64,000 nucleotides of DNA from Camelus ferus (taxonomy: Eukaryota), in assembly GCF_009834535.1 (NCBI RefSeq), contig NC_045698.1:7132001-7196000 (forward strand), given 5' to 3'. The notes beneath the pieces are model-generated. The model worked only from the letters and a program-made list of their open reading frames with translations, did no database searches and was not told the DNA's origin. Made by a program: the position numbers and the translations under genes. This document shows, piece by piece, positions 12,405 through 25,735 of this stretch; positions within the stretch are counted from its first letter, which is position 1, and each line of letters starts with the position of its first letter.

Positions 12405-13670
12405 GCCTCCCACCCTTCTGATAACAAATATTTTTATCTACCCCTTTACTACCTTGAAATAGAATCCTTATAAAATATATAATAGTACTCATTAAGGTGG
12501 CTACTATCAAGACAAAACAGAAAATAATGAGTGTTGGAGAGGATGTGGAGAAACTGGAACCCTTGTGAACTGTTGGTTGTAATGGTAAATGGTGCAGCCA
12601 CTATGGAAAACTAGTATGGAGTTTCCTCAAAAAATTAGAGTAGAATTACCATATGATCCCGCAGCCCCACTCTGGGTACACATCGAAAGGAAATGGAAGC
12701 AGGCTCTCGTGTCCAGAGCAGTATTATTCACAACCGCCAAGAGGTGGAAACAACTCAAGTGTCCACTGACGATACATGGAAAGACAAAATGTGGTCTGAA
12801 CATGCAATGGAGTATTATTCTGCCTTAAAAAGACAGATATTACATGTTACAACATGGATGACCCTTGAGAACACTGAGTGAAATAAGTCAGTTACAAAAA
12901 GACAAATTCTGTATGATCCCACTTATATGAGGTACATAAAGTAGTCAAATCCATAGAAACAGAAAGTAGAATGGTAGTTAACTGGGGCTGGGGAGAGAGG
13001 GTTGTTGTTTGGGTACAGAGCTTCAGTTTTGCAAGATAAAAAAATTCTGAACTGTACACTTTTAAAGTGGTTAAGATGATTTAAAAATACACATATAATA
13101 AATACATAACTTCTAACACAAACATAAAAAAAAATCAACATAATGCCCTAACCGTAATAAAAAGGGGAAAATAAATTTGCAATAAAATGAACACATATTT
13201 CAACACAGAAATGCTCAGAGAACGCAACACTGGAGGATGTGGCACAGTAGCCAGATGCTCGCTGCTGACCTTAGAAACTTCACAAACACGAAAGCCACAG
13301 AAACAAGTGCACAGAGATGGACTACACTGGTAAGTCAACCATCACAAGTGACTTTCCAGCTCCAACTTAGTCAAGTTCAAAGCAAAATTATTTACAGGGT
13401 GGCTGCCTTCCGAAAGCTTAGGGTACCTCACACCCCTGCATGTGGAAAACAGAAGGTATTTTCACCCATAAGAAAGTCCCATGGGACATCTGAGAGTCTG
13501 GCAGGACTCAGGGCAATCCTGCAGAGGGCAGTACTGCCCCACGCACCGCAGGACGCACAGTGTTCCCAGGCCACGCTCACTAAATGCTAGCAGAGCACCC
13601 CCACCACTGTCACAACCAAAAATGCCCCCCACCCCGATTCTTATGTAGCACCCCCAGGGAAAACCACCCC
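12405..13670. mobile_element. MER20B-like hAT-Charlie DNA transposon, interrupted by an L1MB
   Basis: cacccttctgataacaaatattttt... continues after the L1 as aatcaacataatgccctaaccgtaat and ends cactaaatgctagcagagcaccccc..gtcacaaccaaaaatgccccc. Confidence 0.65.
12487..13080 (+). mobile_element. L1MB 3' fragment (ORF2 C-terminus and 3' UTR)
   Basis: ORF 12589 VQPLWKTSMEFPQKIRVELPYDPA resembles the L1 ORF2 C-terminus; a typical L1MB UTR follows. Confidence 0.9.
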
Positions 13671-15199
13671 TACAGGAAGCAGTGAGATTTGCCTATCTAA
13701 ACCCTGAGACCCAGACGGAAAAATCAAAGGGTGGGGCCTCTAATCTGGGATTCTTTCCCCTGCCAATGGATCAGCTCAGGCCCCACCCCCAGGCCCTTGC
13801 CCAGGGGAGCGTCTCACAAGTCTCAGAACGAGAGCAAAGTTTCCCCTTGGCAAAGTCATCTCAGGACAACATTCAGATCTTGTTTTTTAATTTCTTTGAC
13901 ACTCAATTTATGCCCTCCCCGACACAAGTCCCTGTCATGAAGCTTTATTTTGCTTAGGATGCTTGAAAATAAAAGATTTCAACCTCAAAGGAGCAGAGCA
14001 CTAATGGTAAAAACTGTTGTGCTGTTGGACGAGTGAGGAAACCGTCTTTGGTCTTTCTGATGATCCCCAAATAATCCTTTGCCTGGAGCAACCCATTCTG
14101 CCAACAACTGGCACGAATCCTACATAGAACCCTCAAGTCTATGCATTTTCACTTTGTGATTGGCATCCCCCTTCCTGCTCTGCTAAATTGTGCAGCTGCC
14201 TGGGGGCTGAACAGAACTGCCACAGCTGCAATGGCACAACCAGCCTCTGCGGGTTCCTCAAGCCCACAGCATCCACCAGTCTCTAGAGAAGCAGAGACAG
14301 GGGGCCTAATGAGAAGTTATGTCAACGAGAAAATTATGCTCAGACACCAATCAGACACTAGTTACCATCTCCCCCAAGTGCCCTACACATAGGAGAGGGG
14401 CAACGTACTCCCTTCCAGGGCTCAGTCCACACAAGAAGGACCTTTAGAGGCTCTAATGCCAGCCAGTTCTCCCTGCACTCATGCATTGAATATACATCTA
14501 TTATGCAACGATGTGTGTTGCTTCTGATACTAAACGCTTATTACAAAATGAGACCCGGATCCAATTCGGGGTGCCAATGCTGTCACAGAGGTAAACACAG
14601 CATCTTTGAGAACACTGTAGGGAGGACGGGCATAGGAGTTGTCAGCAGGCAGTAAAAACTCCCTCCAAAACAAAATGCCTGCGATCCTGAAATGATTAGG
14701 GCAAACGGGTTTCACATGCCTGAATGCCCAAGAACTTTAAAAACTGGAAGCAAGTTTTATGTCTAGACGGAGCAAAGTCTAGGAACCTATTTGATATGCA
14801 ATTTTCTACTTAGCAGAGCAGGTACACAGAATTCAATTTGGGGATGATCTGTATTCTATTCCATTTCCATGATAGCATTCAAATGTAGGCAGGGACAGGG
14901 GAATTTATCTTCCTGCAAATTCACTCCCTAGGGGTCCACTGGCTCACTGCAGGGTTTCAGTGCTAGCTAGGTGGGCGGTGGAACAGACAACAGCAAGAAA
15001 TTACAACCACAAATCGCCCTGCAGGAGTCATGGTGCTAAAGCCCCTGGCTTCTGCCTATTCCTGTAATTGCAAACCCAAAACCACTGCTAGAAAAGGGAT
15101 AGCTAATCTGGAAGAAAAGAAAAAGCCTCTCCAGCTATCCAAGGAGCTGGTCTTGCTCTAGTCTAAAGCAGGAAATCTTTTCTAATATATTTCCTTGAG

Positions 15200-15382
15200 C
15201 TAAAACATTTTACCATTCCATCACATTTTATCATTTCTAAAATTTGGAATGTGTTTTGCAGTCAAATTGCACATTTTAAACAGCTGTATTTTCTTCTCCT
15301 CCTCAACACACCAAATATACTGTTGTTAAATTGATAATGTGTTTTACAATCAGTGATATCCTGGAATCTAGGAAATTCAGTA
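15200..15382. mobile_element. MER104-like Tc2 MITE
   Basis: cacattttatcatttctaaaatttggaatgtgttttgcagtc...gttttacaatcagtgatatcctggaatctaggaaattcagta. Confidence 0.55.
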
Positions 15383-16779
15383 ATTACCATGATTTAAGAG
15401 GTATCTTAAAGAGCAACTGGAAACGTAATACTGAGGTGAGAGGCTAAGCGTTGCTTCCCGCACACACATCCATGTCACCACAGCCCTTTTGTTTGCATCC
15501 CAGAGACCCAGAGGTTCAACTTTTGGAATCTCCAGGGAGATAGTAGACCTACTTTACACCTAAGCCCCTGCGAGGTAGACCTCCCGGCCAAGCTCACGTG
15601 GGCAGGAACAGCCTGCTCTCATCACTTTCAGGGTACACTCAGAGACCTAGCGAGACAGAGGGGCAGAGTGAAACCTCTGAGCTTAGCCCATGTGGAATCC
15701 TCGGTTTTAAGAATGGAGTGCTCCTGGCCACCCCTGACTTCTGCTTCTGGTGGGGCCGGTGAGGGTAGTGAGTCAGATTTGCACACGCCCGGGTTTGTCA
15801 CAGCATCTGTCCAGTGCTGCAGAAAACTCAGCCACCTCCCTGTTCGGCAACCAAGTTTCATGAATGACCAGGCAAAAATGGTATGTTTCTTGGAAGCAAG
15901 TGATTGACAGTGATGGTCTCGGAAAGAAGGTATCCAGAGAATAAGTACGCTGATGACCTGGTCCTGGGATACAGCTAATAAATAGGCGGGTACCTTTAAC
16001 CTTTCATCCTCCTGTTCATCCATCCTCCACGGCTATGAGATCTCAGGCCCCTCATGTCAGGCCCCAGAGTGGCTCACTGAGAAAGAATTCGTAACAATAT
16101 GCTATAGACATTTCTTCTCAAAGTCTTGACCCCACAACCAGGGAGAATTTTTTTTCCCTAACAAATCTAGGATTTTCATGAGAAGTAGCCAAATGTGGAA
16201 CAAGGTTCAGGGAGCTCTAGGAAGTGCTGGAAACATCCCCACCTGTGGCCGACAAGCTTGGAAAGGCCAGTGGTGACTTGTGGTGAATCCATTTAAGGAG
16301 CCGTTAGTAGCCTGAGCGGTAACACAGAACCAAGGCACATCCATTCTCCACGGGAGCCTGTTTGAGCCAGGCATCTGTCAAAACACCGACAGAAGCAACC
16401 CCTAAGGTGGGATATGTGAAGGGGAGAAATGCAAAAACAAACAAACAAACAAACAAAAAAAAACAGACACTGTCAAGAAATACAGTTTTACTGACAAAAA
16501 GCTAAAGGAAAGTATAAGGCTGATATTTGAGAGTCTGAAAAATATATTGCTTCCCTGCTATTTTTTGGAAATAGAAAATTAGGAGACAAAAAAAAACACC
16601 TTACATTAAGTTTTACACACTTTGTTTTGAAAATGCTGGTAATGGCACCATTTACCAGGACAAGATGAAAATATAAAAATCACCACATGCGAGCAAAACC
16701 ATGACACAGTATACTCATGGGGAAAGATGGGATTCCAGAATAATGAAAAGGCATGCGTTTTGGTGGAAGCCAGCTGGAT

Positions 16780-16972
16780 GCTGAGCACTCCGAGGTCCTA
16801 CTAGAGAAACAGCAGAACCACAGGAAAGAAGGAGCCAGGGGACAAAAGCCACTCATCACCTGGGAAGCCCCAGCTGGACTGTCCCATGAGTGAGAAATAA
16901 ATGTGTACACGTTACGTCCTGAAATGCAGAGGTGTGCTTATTCAGCAACTAGTGTGGCCCTAACGAACACAC
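16780..16972 (+). mobile_element. MLT1J-like LTR 3' part
   Basis: ctggactgtcccatgagtgagaaataaatg...ccctaacgaacaca. Confidence 0.55.
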
Positions 16973-16984
16973 AGCTTTATCCCT

Positions 16985-17145
16985 ACTGATGCATGATCTT
17001 GACATTTCCTAAGTTCTCTGAGCCTCAGTGTTCGCATCTGTAAAACGGAAATATTAATACCCCTTTACAGGTTTGTTGTGGTCATTAGGTTGGGGAAGGA
17101 ACAGGAATATGAACCTGGAACATTATAAATCTTCAATAAACGCTT
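16985..17145 (+). mobile_element. MIR SINE
   Basis: ttctctgagcctcagtgttcgcatctgtaaaacggaaatattaatacc. Confidence 0.8.
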
Positions 17146-17491
17146 GGATTTATTTGATTTTTTTCCAAGAATGGAGACTAAGAATGACCAGGAGCTACAA
17201 TAAGATAAATAAAACTTAACAGCATCACTAATAATAAGACATAGCTTATTAGAAACAGATATAAGGGGGAAATAAAAATTTTTAATATGGCCTTGTTCTA
17301 TGTAACAGGAGGCATTGTGTTTCCATCTTCTGAAAAGAAAAAAGTTCTTTTCTTTTGAGTAGTTCATAGGGTTGGGACAATCTGGAACTGTAAAGTGTAG
17401 GATGTGAGGTAGAAAAACGACTGCTGAAGACCTATACTTCCTCTGCCTCTGACTCACATGCTGATCTTCCCCATTAAACTGAGCACGTCCT

Positions 17492-17671
17492 GGTAGAGCT
17501 CAGTGGTAGAGTGCGTGCTTAGCATGCACGAGGTCATGGGTTCAATCCCCAGTACCTCCATTAAAATAAATAAATAAGTAAAAATCTAATTATCTACCCC
17601 CCAAAAAAAATAAAGTAAAAAAAAAAAAAAAGAAGAATACAGTAAGCTAGAAAGAGGGAAAAAATTATCCA
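17492..17671 (+). mobile_element. vic-1-type SINE with extended 3' segment
   Basis: agctcagtggtagagtgcgtgcttagcatgcacgaggtcatgggttcaatccccagtacctcca; 17-bp TSD taaactgagcaYgtcct at 17475-17491 and 17672-17688. Confidence 0.95.
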
Positions 17672-17779
17672 TAAACTGAGCATGTCCTAAGAGAGTAGAC
17701 AGGAACTTTCTGGAAGAAAGGAACTTGATTGAGCAGGAGTGATAGGTGCTATTTCCAAACCTGGTTCCTGAAATCTTGT

Positions 17780-18031
17780 GTGCTCCCCCTGCCACATTCC
17801 TTACCCCCTTCCTAGTGGCTGGAGTGCCAAGGATGAGGGTGACCTTGAAAGCCACGTGTTGAAAACTGCAGAGCCCACAGTCAGTCCCAGTCCCTGAGTG
17901 ACCTCATGGAGCAGAGGCACCTGCCAAGCTGAAAGGTGCCCCTCAGAACACCTTTCAAATGGCTGACACATTAAGCTTCTCTGGTTTGAGGTCTTTTTGT
18001 TACAGCAGCTTGTGTTACCCCAATTAATAGA
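17780..18031 (+). mobile_element. MLT1J-like LTR
   Basis: gaccttgaaagccacgtgttgaaa..cagagcc..gtccctgagtgacctcatggagcagag..ttgttacagcagc. Confidence 0.75.
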
Positions 18032-18931
18032 CTTTCCCATCTTTGTGTCTCCAGTGCAGAGACTGGCTCTGTTACTAACCGAATAACTCAAATGCAACAC
18101 CTATACTTGTGAAGGAGAGCTATCCAGCATTGCTCCTACTTCTTGGAAAAACAAAATAAAACTTAGACTTCCCATTATGAAGAAAAAAGTTCATAAAGAA
18201 ATAAAAACACTGAAGTCTGCAAGTATCTGGCCCAGCCACCTGACCAGTACATACATGTAGAAAATGCTCACAAACGAAGCAGACATCCGCTCTTTCCTCC
18301 CCCAGCATTATTTCCCTTTATTTAAGGCACAGAACTCCAGAAGTCTTTACAAACCTCCCCCACCACTTAGCTCTGTGATTGAAAAAAACTGACTCCACCC
18401 TCCCAACCCCACCCCATTTAAGGCTTGTGCCCGACTGGCTAAAATCAAATAGATTATTCCACCCCCTCAGCCATGGAGATTGATTTGGGCACGGTTTTGG
18501 GAGCTGGGCCAGACCACAGAGTCTAGCCAGGGTATTAATATTGACTGGAACTGAAAGCATGAATTCAGTCCATGTCAGTATACAACTGAGACAGCAAACA
18601 GTGTGAAAGATATTCCTGCGGTAAGGTCACATGTACGAGAACAAAACACTCCATGGCTTTCCTAGATGCTCAAAGGGGCAGGTCCAAAATTTAACAGTCA
18701 GTGCAGCCTTCGTGGAGGAGCAATCCACCAGGACAGAGACGCTCGGAGCCCGGAATTCATCATTCTGTATTCTGAGGTTGGGGTTGGGGGTCTAGGCAGT
18801 GCTACATACGGAACCACAACTACAGTTCCATGGTCCACGTCCCACGTCCTGGGCTCACTGAGCCTGCAGCAGTCCTGACCGTGACCCACACCATCCATCC
18901 TCCGTGGGGACCTCCCACCATACATAACAAA

Positions 18932-19070
18932 AGCAACAGCTAACATTTATCAAAGGCTAGCTGCACACCTCTATTCATGCATTTAACCCTCACAACAATC
19001 GTTATTTCCCACTTTTCCACATGAGGAAACTGAGGCCCAGACTGGTTAAGTAACTGGCCTGTTCCAGCTC
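18932..19070 (-). mobile_element. MIR SINE
   Basis: catttaaccctcacaacaatc..atgaggaaactgaggcccaga..ggttaagtaact. Confidence 0.85.
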
Positions 19071-20739
19071 TGGAGGCCTGGAGAATGGGGACAGTGAGGC
19101 CCCCAGCTTCTTGCCTGTGGGTCTGAGGCATGAGGCAAGTGTCCTACCTTCAGAAATGACCTGAAACGAAGACAATGTTCCTTCCTATTTTTCAGAAGTG
19201 TCCCTCAACTTCATGAAGTTACATCCACCCTCTCTCCCTCCCGGGAGTACAAACAGAGCTGTTTGGTTCTATGAACTGCGCTCTTCCCAAAAGGAAGACA
19301 AATTTTGCTCCTCCCCAGATCGCTCTGGTGTCCCTTCCCAGAGGGATGTCAGAAAGGAGGACAATGTGGTCCTTCTGGCATCCTCCACCACAGCCATCTT
19401 CCCTGATGAAGTCCACCCATCAGAGATGGGCAGGGGGTGGCTGCAAGCTGCAAGCTGCAAGCTGTCTAAATTCTCAAATGATTGCACAAGTAAGCTGACA
19501 CACCAGGGTCCAGAGCGGGTGAAGCCTTCTCCACCGCACCTCTTACAGAGTGCTGTCAGGACAAGGGGTAACTCTGGGTGTGCCCTGAGTTACTCGGGCA
19601 ATGAAACAGTGCCCACAGTGATGGGGAGAGGGAGCAGGGAGACAGGAATGCATGGGTTTTTTGACAGCATCCCACCTCTGGGTGGACTCCAGGGATTAAC
19701 CTCTCTAGTCTATCCTTTCTATTTTGGGTTTTTTTTTTTCCAATGATAGAAAATAATTCATGCTTATTATGAATTTTAAAAATTAAATAAAAAGTGAGTG
19801 AAGTAGAATGTGGAAAGCTGCCAAAGTCTGCCCCTTCCCTCACCAAAAAAGCCTTAACAGGTGGATGTACTTCCCGTAGTGCTTTCTATACATATATAAA
19901 TATGTACGACTTTTCTAATCAACTGTATAGTCAAACCATCATTGTGTCTTAACATTCTAGCAGTAACATGGGCTCATAATACATGGAAAATGCAAATTAA
20001 TTATTACCATACATAGAAGGGAGGGTCAAATTTTATAATAACATTCTGGCTCCTGGTATTTTCTCTATAGCTTTTGCTTTCCCACCTACGTCCATGCGGA
20101 GCAAAATCCTCCTTGTTCCCTCATCGCTGTGGGTAGAGGTAACGTGTTGGGACGAGGTGCTTGGATGACACAGATGAAGCTGGGCCAGTCGCCGTGTGAA
20201 GAATGGGAGCGTCTTCTGAATGCTGGAATCCCACTCGCCCGGGTGCTTGTCTTAGCAAGATGACAGCCGTGGTACCTTCCAGCGGACGACAGCTGATGGT
20301 ACATCTGGTTCCAGAGAACAGATCTCACTGTCTAGGGGTGAGGGAAGGCCCTAATATCCGCCAGTTCGAGGAAGACTCTTGTTCCCCTATTAAAAGAGTG
20401 CACAACACCGGGGAGCATGCACTGCGACGCCCAAGGGCCCGGCGTGGCACTGGGAGTCAAGAGCCGGCCCTGGACATTGAGAATCTGGCCGGGCGGCTCA
20501 GGGAGCCTCCCCAGTGCCCCGTGGGCAGGAGGTGTCACTCAGTCGGCCCCACACCCTCCCCTCTGCTGAAATGGCTGCAGTTTCTGGTTGGGTGGCCAAT
20601 TCTAGTCCCCGTTAGTTGATCACATGAACATGAACTCGCTTCTAGAAAACATGCTCTGCACATGTTTTTCTTTTAAAATTTCATGCCGCATTTAACTGAG
20701 CCTGGAGCCCAGTGTGTGCTGGAGAGGTGAGACGACGGG

Positions 20740-21265
20740 AAGTCTGCATTCCAGCACCAACTCCAACACTCATTAGGTGTAACTTTGGTCAAGTCACCTA
20801 ACTTCTGTTCTGACGTTTCCTCGCCTGTAAAGTGGGAATAAAATACTTCTCTCCGAGAGTCTTTATTAAAATAAAAGCAGGAAGAATACATTAAAAAAAA
20901 AAACAGGCAGAAAAAATCAAATAAAGCCATGTGTAAAGCTAAGGAGATGCTCAGTAAATGGCAGCTGCTTCCCAGATGGAAGTATTTCTAGGGAATCCAG
21001 GCACAGGACCCAGGAGTGAGTAGGAACTTAGAGTGATGGGCCACAGATCCGCCACAAGAGGCAGCTCCTGGAGAGGGGAGACGCCTAGTGGCCTGAGCTG
21101 AGGGTGGGCGAGCTGGCCGGCCCCTGGTTCAAGTCCCAGTCCTGACACCCACCCACTCACTAGCTGTGCCACCGCCAGCCAGCGGCTGAGCCTTTCCAGG
21201 CCTGAGGGTCCCCACCTGTAGAAGGGCTATCAAGGGTGCCCGCCTTTCAGGTCGTTATGGCAGTT
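20740..21265 (+). mobile_element. Two MIR fragments (about 20740-20968 and 21120-21265)
   Basis: gtgtaactttggtcaagtcacctaacttctg..cctgtaaagtgggaataa; cctggttcaagtcccag..cactcactagctgtg. Confidence 0.7.
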
Positions 21266-21547
21266 GTATCAGGCCCGACATTTCAGTGGCTAAGAACAAC
21301 CAGCAAAATGCTGATGAAGACTGAAGCTGGGTGACGAGCACGTGGAGAATCATTTTACTGCTTCCCCTACTTGGTGTCCATTTGAGATTATCCGTAAAAA
21401 TTTTTTAGCAAGTGCTTAGAACAGTCCTTGCACATAATCATACACATTTATTATTAATAATGTGCTTAATACCCATTAGCCCTTTTGTATAATAGTCAAA
21501 ATAATTCCTAAAATAGTCCTTCGTAAAACGGAGAAGTTGTTACATGC

Positions 21548-21712
21548 CGTTCTTGGCATTTGGAAGATCACGGACCCTTCGAAGAATGTGATGAAAGATA
21601 CAGACCCACTTTCCACAAATACACACATAACCCACATCCTGCCCCCTTGTACACAAAGCCAGCCCGGGGACCCGGGGACTCGGGGACTCCAGGGATCCTA
21701 GGTTAACAGCCA
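21548..21712. mobile_element. hAT-Charlie MITE (MER103C/MER117-like)
   Basis: tcacggacccttcgaagaatgtgatgaaagatacagaccc...ctaggttaa. Confidence 0.65.
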
Positions 21713-22903
21713 CCGCCCTTCACTGATGGGGAGAGAGCAGAATGGCAGTGGTGCGCTGCCGTCCTCCACACGGCTTCCTAACTCCCCTCGGGTTAAGTGT
21801 GCTGCGGGAAACCACTCACACAAGAGGGACTAAAATGATGTAGCAGCTCTCAGCAGGAGCACACCCCATCTAACACATACAACAAGCAAGACGTGTTTCC
21901 TCTGTGTGGTTGGTTTTGCTTTTTCTACCCCAGGACATTTATCTGAACATATTTTCCTTTTCATTTCCAGTCAGCATACGAAAGAAGTTTTAGCTTCATA
22001 ATTTTAGCTGTTTGGAAATTTGGTATAACTGTATTAGCCATCATATTCTTAGGTTGAATCTTCTCCATAGCAATAAATCTCAGAAAAAAATAAAAGTAAG
22101 ATGATGCAGTATATCATTCCTGATTCCAATACTATTCCTGGTTTAACATATGGCTTTTATGTCCTTGTTAATGTTTTTATCTAGCTTTGTGCAAATAGAT
22201 GGAAAAATATTTAACATGGTACAAAATATAACTGTGAAATAAAAGCTCTAGGTAAAGCTATAAGCAAGAATAATCAGCTACAAAAATACCCCTCAAGTTG
22301 AATAAAATTGTTAAAGTTTTGGCTGAACTACCAATTTTGAATAATTTTGAATACAATTACAGCCCAGTAGTTAGCAGATCATTCAGAAACAGAGATTTTA
22401 GTGTTCTACTTTTCAAATTACAATGTGGAACTTCAAGCCATAAAGGGCAGTTTGAAGAAGTGAGAAGTCATAAAATGGGAAATGGAACATACCTAGCAAG
22501 AGCAAAGGGAAAAGGGAAGTGTGCGGAGCATTCAGTGGGACTGGTTATCCCTGTAAAATGTTAGAAATAGCAATACCACTGATCTGAAAGTCCCAAGAGG
22601 GCATATAACAGGGAAGGCCAGATGAGTTGAGTTTAAAAAAAAAATGAAGTACTCTGGAAAAAAATGCTGAGGAAAAAACATAGGCAATGTCTGCTAAAAT
22701 TAAAACCAGTGTTGTTAAGTGGAATGATGGACAGCAAAGCTTGTGCTTCTATCGCTGCTTGCTGAACACAGCTTCTGACCCCTCCAGGTCAAGCAGGAGA
22801 GGCAAGGAGATCAGGGAAGCACCTGCTGACTTGTATGGGAGGTAAGCCGGCATCAGGGCCCTTGGAGTTCAGCAGTAGCCACTTCAGACTCTTCATCTCA
22901 TGA

Positions 22904-23122
22904 TGTATTATGGACTTAATGTTTGTGTCCTCCCCAAGATTCATATGTTGAAATCTTAACCCCAAATATGATGGAATTAGGAAGTGAGACCTTTAGGAGA
23001 TGATCTGGTCTTGAGGGTGGAGCCTCCATGAATGGGATTAGTGCCCTCATGAGTAGAGACCCAAGAGCTTTCTCCCTCTTTCTCCCTCTCACTCTCTGCT
23101 ATACGAGGATATAATAGATATC
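22904..23122 (+). mobile_element. MLT1A/MST-type LTR, 3'-truncated
   Basis: tatggacttaatgtttgtgtcctccccaagattcatatgttgaaatcttaacccc. Confidence 0.85.
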
Positions 23123-23249
23123 CACCAGGTTGTGGACGTAAATTCCAGTAAAGGGACAAGGACATCCAGGAAAAGCGGTGGCACAATAGCAAGATCTGCA
23201 GACACTGACATTTGAAGGCTCCCCACCAAATGGCTATATCCCTGCACAG

Positions 23250-23365
23250 TCACGATACAGCCAAAAAGCCCCGTCTATGCACCCAGTCTCGAGCACCTTT
23301 TCAGTGCTCCATTCCCCAAAGTGAACCACCAGCCAAGGATATCTAGACATATAAAGGAAGCCTCT
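23250..23365 (+). mobile_element. HAL1-like fragment (more probable HAL1/L1M sequence at about 25180-25720)
   Basis: cttttcagtgctccattccccaaagtgaaccaccagccaaggatatctagacatataaaggaagcct. Confidence 0.5.
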
Positions 23366-23421
23366 TTATTACTCAGCTACTGCTACAATAATCCTACATG
23401 ACAAATAACCACAAAATCTCA

Positions 23422-25132
23422 TGACTGACAATTAGGCAAGAAAAGGAAACAAAATGCATCCAAATCGAAAAAGAAAAAGTAAAATTGTCTCTTTTTGCAG
23501 ATGATGTGACCTTACATACAGATAATACTAAAGATCACCTAAAAACTGTTACGATTAATAAACAAATTTAGTAAAGTTGCAGGATACAAAATTTTTTATA
23601 AATCAGAAATCAGTTGCATTTCTATACACTAACAGCAAAATAAACAAAACAATAATACTTTAACAAAAGCATTAAAAAAAACAATTATGAATAAACTTAA
23701 CCAGGGAGGTGTACACTGAAAAGGACAAGACTTTAATGAAAGAAATTGAAGAAGACACTAATAAATAGGAAGATATCCTGTGTTCATGGATTGGAAGAAT
23801 TAATATTCTCAAAATATTCATACTACCCAAAGCAATCTACAGATTCAATGCAATCTCTATCAAAATTCCAATGGTATTTTTCACAGAAATAGAAAAAGCA
23901 ATCCTAAAATTTGTTGTAACCACAAAAGACCTCAAATAGCCAAAGCCATCTTGAGAAAGAACAAAGCTGGAGGCATCACACTTTCTGATTTCAAACTTTA
24001 TTACATAGTCATACTAATCAAAACAGTATGTATAAAAATATACACATAGACCAGCGGAACAGAATCAAGAGCCCAGAAGTAAACCTGTACACATACAGTC
24101 AACTAACATCTGATAAGAGAGCCAAGGATACTCAGTAAGGACAGGATAGTCTCGCCAATAAACGGTGTAGGGAGAACTGGATGATCCCATGCAGAAGAAT
24201 GAAATTGGACCCCTGTCTTACACCACTCACACAAATTAACTCAAAACGGATTAAAGATTTAAACACAGAACTGAAACTGTAACATTCCTAGAAGAGTGTT
24301 GGCGAGGGTGTAGAGGAAAGAGGAACCCTTGTGCACTGTTGGTAGGAATGTAAGTTGGTAGAACCAATTTATGTAAAACAATATGGAGATTCCTCAAAAA
24401 TTAAAAATAGAACTACCATGTGATCCAGCAATCCTACTTCTGGGTGTATATTTAGGAAATGAAATCAGTGTCTTAAAGAGATCTCTGCACCCTCATGTTC
24501 ATTGCAGCATTATTCACAATAGCCAAGATATGGAAGTAACCTAAATGCCCATCTCTGGATGAATGGATAAAGAAGATGTGAGATACATATACACACACAT
24601 ACAGTGGAATGTTAGTCACCCTTAAAAAAGAAGAAAATCCTGCCTTTTGCTATAAAATGGATGGATGGATGGATGGATGGACCTTGAAGGCATTATGCTA
24701 AATGAGATAAGTCAGACAGAGAAAGATAAATATTGTATGATCTCACTTACATGAGGAATCTAAAAAGCTGAACTCACAGAAACAAAGAGTAGAATGTGGT
24801 TGCCGGGGTGGGGTTGGGGAAATGAGGAGACGTTGACTAAAGGATACAAATGTCCGGTTATAAGATGAATCAGTTCCGGGGACCTAACGTACAGCATGAT
24901 GGCTGTAGTCAAATACAGCTGGTACTATGTACACGTGACATTTGCCAAGAAAGTAGATCTTAAACATTCTCACCACAACAAGATGGCAACTATGTGAGGT
25001 GATGGAGGTATTAATGAACCCCCTTGTGGTATCATTTTACAAAATATAAGTGTATCAACTCATCACACTGTACACCTTAAATTTACACAATGTGATATGT
25101 CAATTATATCTCAATAAAGCTGGGAGGAAAAA
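23422..25132 (+). mobile_element. 5'-truncated L1MA-type element with an internal deletion
   Basis: RT motif ctttttgcagatgat (LFADD) near 23490; 3' end tcaattatatctcaataaagctgg; TSD cacaaaatctca at 23410-23421 and 25133-25144; (ATGG)n at 24657-24680. Confidence 0.92.
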
Positions 25133-25735
25133 CACAAAATCTCAGTAGCTTATTCAAACAGACAGCTGAGAGGTTATCTGAGAGGTTTGACCTTGTGGAA
25201 ACTTGGAATAAAAGTTGGGGGTAGAAATGGCTGGTTGAAAGTGTGGAAAGAAAATGTCAAAGAGAGGGATGAAGAGAGAAAGAGGAGAAGAAGAAAACAA
25301 ATTTCAATAGAAGGAACCGAAAAATGCTCAGGAAATGAAATATAGTCACTAAAATGGAATTCGTCTCATCTGTAAATGAGATTTCAGACCTAAAATAATG
25401 AAAACACTAGACAGGTAAATCTTGAATGTGGAGAAAGGGGAATTACATACACACACATACACACACACACACATACAGATTATATATGTTCAGCATCTTA
25501 AGGGGAGATGTGAGGGAAATACATTCGCATGAGAACTACAGGTAAATCCTGATTTTTCATAATATAAATTCAACAGTAATAAAACTGTAATCTAAAACTG
25601 AAAGTCAAGAAATCGCAGTATAAGTGTTGTATTTAGAGTTATGGAGAGAAATCCATGAGAAAATGACAAAAAGGGTGGAAAGTGCTGACAGAAGATGGGA
25701 AGGCTGGGGAAAGGGCTAGAATTTCTGTTCCAGGC

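Noticed and set aside
15901..15910. PBX-PKNOX decamer TGATTGACAG
   Set aside because: An isolated motif with no other support; plausible by chance in 64 kb.
17492..17560. tRNA-Ala(AGC)-like cloverleaf with intact anticodon stem cgtgc-ttagcat-gcacg
   Set aside because: It has an A-rich tail, a TSD and many diverged copies in the window, so it is a SINE rather than a tRNA gene.
20086..20304. Minus-strand exon-like segment ag|ATG...GAC|gtaggt
   Set aside because: Weak pyrimidine tract and no recognisable peptide in any frame.
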